64,000 nucleotides of DNA from Antedon mediterranea. Taxonomy: Eukaryota; Animalia; Echinodermata. The DNA is taken from the NCBI RefSeq assembly GCF_964355755.1, contig NC_092678.1:20539365-20603364 (forward strand). The letters are read 5' to 3'. The notes beneath the pieces are model-generated. The model had not been told where the DNA came from. It saw nothing but the letters and a program-made list of their open reading frames with translations, and ran no database searches. Positions 55,207 to 64,000 of this stretch are shown one piece after another (position 1 is the first letter of the stretch; the number at the start of each line of letters is the position of its first letter). The position numbers and the translations under genes were made by a program.

Positions 55207-55455
55207 CAGCAGTTGATCCCAAAGATACAAGCACTTCATGTTGGTTAGTGACAAGTGAAAACCGTTCAATGGTGTGGTTGCTGACATCAGACCAATACAG
55301 TGTTAATGTGCTAATGTCATAATCGAGAGCGATAGGTTTAGTTAATACGACATTCTGAATAACTGATGCTATATTTAAATTTGTGTTGTCACTCGAACTA
55401 ATGTTGGTCATATAAATTCCAGGAGGATCCTGGTTTACTACAAACATAACATCAC
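55207..55455 (-). CDS. Exon 2: YWTD propeller blades 1-2
   Basis: TACAG acceptor. GDVMFVVNQDPPGIY...KPIALDYDISTLTLYWSD...; donor G|GTAAT; phase 1-1. Confidence 0.9.
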
Positions 55456-55737
55456 CTGTATTATTAAAATATAAAAAAAATGAAAATATAATATATAATA
55501 TGAATATTACAACTAAATAAACAATAACTATAACTAAATTATACATTAATACCTTAATTATTATTTCTATTAAACATTAATTATTACGCATGAACAAATC
55601 AAATATAATACCTATGCACAAAAACAAAAGCGATTTTGCAAAAGTTCTAGAGAACTAAAGCTGCTTCAAGAGGCGATTTACAGGTACCTAAAGTAACATT
55701 GGAATTTTAGTTATTTTGCGACACATTTATAATATGT

Positions 55738-55965
55738 ATTTGACCAATGACGACGCGTGGATTCGAAATACCATCTCAGAATATTAATCTGAGGATCGAA
55801 AATTGTATTTCTCGAGTAAGTTTTCACATAGACACAAAGCAATCTGGAGACGCACGGTGGAGAAAGAAAGAGATTAGGCTGGATATCATGGAATGAATCT
55901 AAAGCAAAATCTAGAAAAAGAATTGGTTGAAAAGAACATCTTGTAGTCTTATGGGCGGGACAAGC
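55738..55965 (+). mobile_element. Short retroposon with RTE-clade LINE-like 3' tail (copy 1)
   Basis: Disrupted WRRTVEKE..GWISWNE..RKRIG..HLVVLW resembles the RTE ORF C-terminus; homologous to the reverse complement of 61025-61273. Confidence 0.55.
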
Positions 55966-56980
55966 TGTTTTAAAAAAGTCTTTCAATATAAATTCCGTTA
56001 AATTCAAGTTTTAAAAATATATTCTATCGTATTTTTTTTATTGAATATTATATTGTAAAGAGTTTAACTTAGTTAAGTATAACAATTATATTTTAGAGAC
56101 CATCTGGATACCAGCTGTGGGTTCAGCTTGGGTTACCCTCTCTAACTAAAGTGAAAATATATAAATAAAAAGAAAGATTGATCAAGGCCGATCTCTAGGA
56201 AATTATTAAAACATTCACTCTACAGTTATATAACAGGTTTCTTGTAAGTATTGTTCAGTTCCACTATCACAATATTAAAATAACTGTGATTACGGCTTAA
56301 GTTTCTTTCACACCTGAAAATCACCAATATTTTTACTCGATATGCGTACATGTGATAGATGGTTTAAATGCTTTAGGAAAAAATATTTATATAATATCAT
56401 ATCTAGTTACCGATATATTTGATTAATTTATCGTCACGAGTGTGTGAACGAATAACAAAAACCACAAGGAAAATTATAATTTCAATGTTGTAAATAAATT
56501 GTGATTATTAAAAATGTTTAATAATGTTATAATACTCAATTCCGGAAAACATTGTTTAAAATAATAACATTAACGAAGTAATTCATATTTAATTCGTACA
56601 ATACACAGTAACCTACTTTGAAGAGCATAAACATCAATGTTATTTAGACGAAACGTCTTTGTATTAACTTTTTTAAATTCTTTTGTAAGTGTATTATAGC
56701 AAAAATATAAGGGAATTAATGAAAAGGAAGGCAATAAGGAAAACAAAGATTTGAAAAAGTTACTGAAGAAGTTTATCAAATTGTTATGACATTAGAAATT
56801 AACAAAAATGGGATAAATAATTGTGATTTTATGACATGAAAGATAATATGAATGTTAATAAAAGTGGTGTTTACGCCACAAAAGAAAACAAAAAAACATC
56901 AAGTTTCTTCCTAAATGTAGAAGTTAGTCTGAGATACTATTTACATTTACAGCATTGGTAAATATATATTAATAACATAC

Positions 56981-57038
56981 CTTTACTTAAGTGTATAAGC
57001 ACAGAAAGAAAAAAACAGACGAATTTCCAACAGGCCAT
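56981..57038 (-). CDS. YWTD/C-type lectin multidomain protein, exon 1 (signal peptide)
   Basis: ATG in AAAATGG context. Encodes MACWKFVCFFLSVLIHLSK(G). Donor G|GTATG is phase 1, matching exon 2. Confidence 0.8.
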
Positions 57039-57441
57039 TTTTTAAAACAATCTAATTTCCTAGTGTGTAATGTTCAATTACGTCGTCAACAACGAATATG
57101 CTGTGTATGAAACGGTCGCAATCTTATAACTAACGCTATCTTGTTGCGATTTGTTTATTAATAACGCTATAATTCAAATTAATTTAATACATAAGACTGA
57201 CAATAACTACTTTATATTTACATAAACACAATAAAATTTTTTTTTATATTATTTTTAGTATTTAATATATATATATATATATATATAAATCAATGATGTT
57301 GCGTAGCACTGTGTAAATTATATATAAATCATACTGTAAATTATAGAAACAGTGCTCATATTCGGAACATGATCTCATAATCGCGTCGAGCATAGCTCAT
57401 TGGCGAAAGTTCCGTATTTTTTTTTTAGTTGTATGAAAAAA

Positions 57442-57513
57442 TGTCTCTGACGGGATTCGAACCTGCAACCTCTCGCTTACAGGGCGAGTATCATACCATT
57501 AGACCACAGAGCC
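57442..57513 (-). tRNA. Identical inverted copy of the tRNA-like gene
   Basis: Reverse complement of 57935-58006. Confidence 0.55.
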
Positions 57514-57934
57514 ATGTATGGTATTATCACAGATTTTCACCCACCAGATACATTCTCTCATACAACAAACGCCCTCACAATCAGTGGAGGCTTAACAAGT
57601 CAGAATAAATTCCAACTTTAATTCGCAACGGTTTTTAAAATAATATTGTGTATATGTAAATCATTGATGTTGCGTAGCACTGTGTAAATTATATATAAAT
57701 CATACTGTAAATTATAGAAACAGTGCTCATATTCGGAACATGATCTCATAATCGCGTCGAGCATAGCTCATTGGCGAAAGTTCCGTATTTACATATACAC
57801 AATATTATTTAAAAAACCGTTGCGAATTAAAGTTGGAATTTATTCTGACTTGTTAAGCCTCCACTGATTGTGAGGGCGTTTGTTGTATGAGAGAATGTAT
57901 CTGGTGGGTGAAAATCTGTGATAATACCATACAT

Positions 57935-58006
57935 GGCTCTGTGGTCTAATGGTATGATACTCGCCCTGTAAGCGAGAGGTTGCAGGTTCGAATCCCGTCA
58001 GAGACA
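57935..58006 (+). tRNA. tRNA-like gene or pseudogene (tRNA-Pro-like body, TGT at anticodon position), probably element-borne
   Basis: 72 nt; A box TGGTCTAATGG, B box GGTTCGAATCC; anticodon stem CTCGC/GCGAG; one mismatch each in acceptor and T stems; followed by a T6 Pol III terminator. Confidence 0.55.
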
Positions 58007-58125
58007 TTTTTTCATACAACTAAAAAAAAAAAAAAAAATACGGAACTTTCGCCAATGAGCTATGCTCGACGCGATTATGAGATCATGTTCCGAATATGAG
58101 CACTGTTTCTATAATTTACAGTATG

Positions 58126-58194
<69 letters not shown>

Positions 58195-58353
58195 CCGACC
58201 ATGCATATTGCTTTTCATGAAAATCGATATATCGGTGAAGTCATAAAAATTATAATAGTCTTTCTTTCATTATCTTCGTGGACGGAAATATTTTGACAAA
58301 AATTAATTTTTATGACGTTCACTCAACTCGGATGCATCTTCAACTTTTTTAGC

Positions 58354-58785
58354 CATGACAGTTTTTATAAAAAAATTAAATATGTACGTGCATGTATCTG
58401 TATAATAAGAAAATAATGATGAGTTGAGACTTTTAAATTATTTGCTAGATTAAAAGCAATACCGCTAGTATTAAAATTAATTTCATACATTAGCAGACTA
58501 ATTAAGTACTTTATATGCACATAAATACAACACAATTGTACTTGTATTTGATGTTCACTCGACTCATGCATAAATAACTTTATTTAGCAATGACAGTTTT
58601 TATAAATAATAAAATATGTACGTGCATGTAACGGGGAAAATAACAATGAGTTATGAATTTATTTGTAATTCCTTTCTTGGTAAAAAATAGCAATAACGCT
58701 AGTATTAAAATTAATTTCATATTGGCGGACTAATTACGTACTTTATATGCACATAAACACAACAAAATTGTATTTGTATTTGATA
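58354..58785. repeat. Diverged tandem duplication, ~235-bp unit
   Basis: ATGACAGTTTTTATAAA..AAATATGTACGTGCATGTA...GCTAGTATTAAAATTAATTTCAT..CTTTATATGCACATAAA occurs twice. Confidence 0.8.
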
Positions 58786-59119
58786 ACACACACAAGTAAA
58801 CTTTTATAATATGTTATTGTCTTCAAAAAAATACAAAATCGATAACTTAACAAACTTACATTATACTGGATAAGTTAGAGCTGAGAGGGATTTTTTGATA
58901 ATGCATGATAATACTTATTAAGCGGGCCGCATTAAAAACTTTTCAGAAGACAGACAAAATATACTATAATGTGTAGGCCTAAGTAATATGAAAATAATTA
59001 GCTACGATAACAAAATTCAATACCAGACTGAATTTAAGGAGTCACGTGACGATGCACAGTGGGCCAGAATCAATTCAAAGTGTGCCAAAATCCAAAATGG
59101 TAAATGCGGCAATCCAAAC

Positions 59120-60790
59120 TTTTTAATATTTTATTAGGAAGAAATTATATAAATCCAGTAATAATTTTATATTTGTTAAATCATAGTGTTTTGTAGCCAT
59201 GGGAACTAGGAGAAACCACGACATTTCACAATGAGCAAAAACAACAGTTTTGATAAATTCGCTGTTATTTTTTTCTAGAAAAAAGCAACGGTTTTGATAC
59301 TGCATGAAATTGTTATCTTTTATTAACCATATTAGGCAGTGAAAATAAAATTTCAATTATTGCTTATTTTGGGGTTAAAGGTCACCAAATACAGGCCAAA
59401 AATACCAAAAAAGCGTATTTTTTAAATAAAACCACTAAAAGTGTGTAGATTCACGCGCTAATTTTGACATTAATATTTCGAGCAAAGCTAGAGCTTTACG
59501 TTAATACCAAATTTGGCTCCGACCATCCACGACATTTCATATAGCAAGCGATTTAAATGTCCCTATGCGTGCTGTTTTAAGATAAATTTATAATACACTA
59601 GAGGTTGAGCTCGCTTCGCTCACTCTCCCCGGTTACCATTATTGAAATGCTTGATATTCGTAAAACTAATCCTGCTCTGTTTCACAGTGTCTTAGATGAT
59701 TTTAAAGTGTAGTGTTCATTGTTTGGTAGGACCCTTGTAGTGCGGAGGTGGGGAGGCGGAGTTCATTTGAGGAAGGTGCTTTTTCGAGGGATACGTTTAA
59801 TTTTTTTTTATTAATCATTATGGTAACATTTAAAATCAAATAAAATCCTCTAATTGATATGAAAAGTGATAAAAAAGAATACCAAATGCTTGGTCAATTG
59901 TCTGATGAATTCTACTACAAGTATAATTGTGTTATAAATATAATACAAAATGCGATTATTATTCTAAGTGATGTTTTATTGGGGAGGCGCTTATTTAAAT
60001 AAATACCAACTTAATTGGTAGGCCTATAATTAAAACGTTTAGTAAAGTCGACTTTCCTTAGTGTTCCAAGCTTGTGATAACAAAACATTTTTTAAATTTT
60101 GGAAGTATTCTCCATTTTCTCTTCATCATCCACATTATGTACACGTAATTCACGTACAAAATATACATCACACGCTTGTTCCATGTTCGTAATAAAATTG
60201 ACAGATTCAAAAAGTTGTATATTTAATATATTGAGTCTCTCTGTGCTTTATTAATGAAAGATTAATCTCATGTGGTTGTAGCATCCCCTTTTCCAATACA
60301 GGTGCGTTGGAAAGTCCTTCTTCGTCAGGTTCGTGTGTTTGCGGTACATCATTGTGCGCAACCGAACGGAACCGCGCCTATAATTATGTATTATACATTT
60401 ATCTTAAAATGGCACGCATAGGGACATTTAAATCGCTTTATGGAATGTATTAACGTATAGCTCAAGCCTTGCTCGAAATATTAATGTTAAAATTAGCGCG
60501 TTAATCGCCGTGAATCTAAACTATTTTTTGTTTTTTTTTTTAGTTATTTTTGGCCTGTATTTGGTGACCTTTAACCCTCAAAATAAAGCAATAATTGACA
60601 TTTTATTTTTACTGCCTTAATAAAAGATAAAAATTGTACGCAGTATCAAAACCGTTGCTTTTTTCTATAAAAAAAAATAACAGCGAATTTATCAAAATTG
60701 TTGTTTTTGCTCATTTTAAGTGTTCCTCATGGTTACAAGACACTATAACATTATTAGTGGATTTATATAATTTAAGATGTCTGTGCGATG
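59120..60790. mobile_element. Degenerate long-TIR element (~450-bp arms)
   Basis: About 59140-59590 is a diverged reverse complement of about 60400-60770. The interior 59595-60010 is homologous to 46538-47055. Confidence 0.65.
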
Positions 60791-60866
60791 GTCAACTGCT
60801 GGTTAATTATACTTTTAGCAATATTTACTCAAAATGTTAGGAGAATGAAAAAAAAAACACAAATAA

Positions 60867-60955
60867 ACATCAACAACTAGACATCAACAACTAGACATCA
60901 ACAACTAGACATCAACAACTAGACATCAACAACTAGACATCAACAACTAGACATC
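60867..60955. repeat. 14-bp tandem repeat, 6 copies
   Basis: (ACATCAACAACTAG)6. Confidence 0.92.
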
Positions 60956-61024
60956 CCGGATATCGAGTACAATCAATACCACTGGATTTTTATTCGTCTA
61001 CAAACGTGAGTTCCTGCACGGAAA

Positions 61025-61273
61025 TTACCTTACTTAACCCATCCCTTTTGGATCGATTGTCCCATAAGGCTACAAGATGTTCTCTACAGCCAGTTCTTTT
61101 TCTAGCTTTTGCGTTAGCTTCATTCCATCACTCTGGCCTAATCTCTTTCTCCACCGTGCGTCTCCATATTTTTTTTAGTCGACTCGGAAACTTACCCGAG
61201 AAATACAATTTTCGATCCCCAGATCAATGGTTTGAGATGGTATTTCGAAGCCACGCGTCGTCATTGGTCAAAT
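61025..61273 (-). mobile_element. Short retroposon with RTE-like 3' tail (copy 2)
   Basis: WRRTVEKE..WNEANAKARKRTG..HLVALW followed by a TAAGTAAG tail; shares a non-coding 5' part with copy 1. Confidence 0.55.
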
Positions 61274-61603
61274 AATTTGCATTGCACTTATATACAAACA
61301 GAACATGCATATTGATTGTCAGGAAAATCGATATATCGGTGACGTCATAAAATCTTAAGCTCTGTCAACACTATCAAACTAGTTTGACAACAAATTGTGA
61401 TGTGCTCAAATATAGTAGTGATATTCCCAATCATTATAGGGATATGTGATTATCATGTCCATTATATGGGCACGTCACATAAAGTTTGATAGTGTAGACA
61501 GACCTTTATAGGTGAAAGTATTAAATAACACGCCCTCTGTCGCTCTCTCTGCATTTTGCCAAGTAATACTTTTTATAACGTTAGCTTACACTACAGATTC
61601 ATG

Positions 61604-61720
61604 TTTTTAGTCGCGTGCAAACGAGCTCATTATGTCGGTCGGTTGGTCGGTCGGTCGGTTGGTCGGTAAACACTAACTCAAATTTTAGAACGCGACTGCA
61701 GCCATGTATATGGCCTTGTT
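61604..61720 (+). mobile_element. Mini HINE/DINE-like element (copy 3)
   Basis: Same TTTTTAGTCGCGTGCA...CGCGACTGCAGCCATGTATATGGCCTTGTT structure. Confidence 0.68.
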
Positions 61721-62698
61721 TAGAACCATGTCAGTTTTTTTGCTATAGAATAAAATATGTACGGGCATGTATATATTATTTATGTACATAATTTGAAAAT
61801 ACACCTAAAATTACTGTTTTTTCGACAACTTTATTGTTTATTTTTAATAACAATATATCACTTTAGGCGACGTATTAAAATATGTTTTATGGTGTTCGCT
61901 CACAAAAACATCTACAGCTTCATGTTTTTATAGCCAAGTCAGTTTGTGTTGTTGTTAAAGAAAAAAATGTGTACGCGCATGTATGTGTATGATGTATGTA
62001 CATAATATGAAAATACGCCTACAATGACTGTTTTTTTTTCGACAACTTTATTTAAGCGTTAAATTAAGTTTACATTGTAACTAAGATACCGTTAAAATAA
62101 ACAATTAGACTACCTCGTCGGTTACAGTGCATAATCAATAATCTTCTCCTTCAATACACTACGGTACATCATAACCAGTAATGGTGTTTGTACAAAGATA
62201 CATTCTGATACAGATTATGGTTGACACGTGCATGCGCAATAAGTAACTATGTATGGATCATCTTGGTATTAACTGTTTAGAATAAAAGTGCCTTGGTCTG
62301 TTACACTGATAACCATTTTCATTCGAATGTTATGCAATGTTATACAAAATATTAAAAACATTAGTAGAGTAAAAACGATATAATGCAATTACAATTGTAA
62401 ATACAGTTCAGGATTTGAAAATGCGAATTATTAAATCTCAGTATTGCAATTTTGCCTAAGCTTATATGTTTTTAATCACGTGCAAATTGGATAAATTTAA
62501 TACGGTAGAACCCCTATTGAGGGGACACCTTCGGGAGACCCGACAAATGTTCCCCTTAAAATGGGTTTCACGAGAAAATGTCCCTTTAATACTTAATCTG
62601 TAATTACAATATTAATAAGTACGTAAAAAATCTAGCTATAAATATTCGAAATTGATATAATTCTTATTACTTTAACCTAGCGCCACCAGTGACCCAGG

Positions 62699-63033
62699 CG
62701 CGATTTTTTTCGTACATAAGTTGGGGACCCCATGTGGAAGATAGCCGAACTACTTCCTAAATATAACTAAACCTAACCCTCTTAATAATCTCTCTCTCAC
62801 TATAAAGTAAAAGAAGTAGCTCATGGAAATCGAACCCCATACATCGACATGTAAAGTCCATAGTCTTATCCACTCGACTGCACAGACGGCTCGACAGAAA
62901 TCGTTTGCATTAGCGAATTGTAGTTAGCTTAATTCTTACGTCACACCTTATGGATATGACTAATGAATATTCATGTCTATTTTGTGACGCTTCACGAGGG
63001 GTCCCCAACTTATGTACGAAAAGAAATATCGCG
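62699..63033. mobile_element. MITE with ~33-bp TIRs carrying a tRNA-like internal segment
   Basis: CGCGAT..TTCGTACATAAGTTGGGGACCCC / GGGGTCCCCAACTTATGTACGAA..ATCGCG; flanks ACCCAGG and ACCCGGG (possible TSD with one mismatch). Confidence 0.7.
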
Positions 63034-63524
63034 ACCCGGGCATTTTGACTTTTCAAAAAAAGCTTTTGTGTATCTATGAAAGGTCATGCGTGACAAAAAC
63101 CTATTTTATTATTATTAGGCTGAATCGCCATTAATGTTATATTACGGTAAGCCAAGACATTCAAACTGTTTAAGAACATTCAATAATTGTTTACTCACGT
63201 TTTTGTTGAAAAATGATTGAATTTTAATAAATTCCGTAATTTAATAATTGCAAAAAAAAGAGTTAAATACTTTCTAAACACAGACAGAAAAATGTTCAAG
63301 GTAATTCGTTAACAATTAATTTCTGGAATGTTATGTATTTTTAATATATGATATTTAAATAATCAATGCAAATATCATGAATATTACAATCAAAACAATT
63401 AAATTAGAATTGAAAATATTTTCTATATAAATTCCAAAATAGAATTTTCGAAAAAATGTCAAAACTACAATAGGACGGAATCTAATTTGCATAATATTTG
63501 CGAAAGTTGATTAAATATCATGAT

Positions 63525-63583
63525 TTAGCAGCAGTCTTTTTTCATTTTCAAATCTCCATTATACTTCAATCCAGTGTCATCAT
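63525..63583 (-). CDS. Tandem paralog, terminal exon
   Basis: YDDTGLKYNGDLKMKKDCC-TAA; CAACAG acceptor. Confidence 0.88.
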
Positions 63584-63836
63584 CTGTTGAAGAGATAGAA
63601 ATGAGTTATGTAATCGTTGCCAGTTGATTTGTTTGAATATTGTAGAATTGATTATTTCGTTCCATTCAATGGTTTTATTTAACGGTCAGCCACAATTTAA
63701 GATTGTCGCACTTAAATATTTACTGTGGTGTAATTATTTAAGTTTTCAAACATTAGAAAGCAAAGTTCAACCAATCAGAAGCGACGGTTCAGGTGAGTCC
63801 TTTGTGGGAACTAAATAAAGATATAAAATAACTCAC

Positions 63837-64000
63837 ACGACCAGTTATCTTCACTAGTTCCAGCCATCTTGAAGTCCGGCAAACTTTTTGTGATCGAGTC
63901 CCAGGCGTCTTTGCTGATAAACTCCCACGTTGCACCATGATCCTTACTGCGCATGTAACTGCTCATGTCCATGTGAATGCCATAGATATGTCCTGTGAGT
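63837..64000 (-). CDS. Tandem paralog, penultimate exon (truncated by window edge)
   Basis: LTGHIYGIHMDMSSYMRSKDHGATWEFISKDAWDSITKSLPDFKMAGTSEDNWS, nearly identical to exon 16; |GTGAGT donor at 63836. Confidence 0.9.

Larger units (their letters stand above)
57287..58135. repeat. Near-perfect inverted duplication (A-B-A-B'-A') flanked by (TA)n on both sides
   Basis: About 57320-57660 is the reverse complement of about 57790-58130. The central spacer is a direct copy of block A (GATGTTGCGTAGCACTG...AGTTCCGTATTT). Confidence 0.9.

Noticed and set aside
49218-55455. Calling the YWTD gene LRP4/5/6, LDLR or nidogen
   Set aside because: Single propeller, no EGF/LDLa/NIDO/G2 modules, no TM helix or NPxY/PPPSP tail; downstream domains are unrelated.

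Overview
AT-rich, intron-containing animal genomic DNA. The Deu/Nin-type SINE and the GATA N-terminus suggest an invertebrate deuterostome, probably an echinoderm (inference). It holds three genes, all on the minus strand. (1) The first coding exon of a GATA1/2/3-class transcription factor (765..480); the zinc-finger exons lie off the left edge, and about 30 kb of non-coding upstream DNA precedes it. (2) A complete secreted multidomain gene (57038..33942) that I assembled by hand from 17 GT-AG exons with consistent phases, about 1095 aa. It encodes a signal peptide, a six-blade YWTD beta-propeller, Ig/DUF11-like beta-rich repeats, a non-canonical C-type lectin domain, a Cys-rich module and a C-terminus ending KKDCC. 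An additional in-frame exon (47844..47395) looks like an alternative terminal exon with a GPI-signal-like tail. (3) The last two exons of a close tandem paralog at the right edge. The non-coding DNA is dense in non-autonomous elements: a self-nested Helentron/DINE-like array, Harbinger-, Kolobok- and foldback-like MITEs, SINEs, an L1/Tx1 3' fragment, and an inverted duplication carrying two tRNA-like genes. The palindrome TAGGCCTA is strongly over-represented. All calls are by eye, with no database searches.
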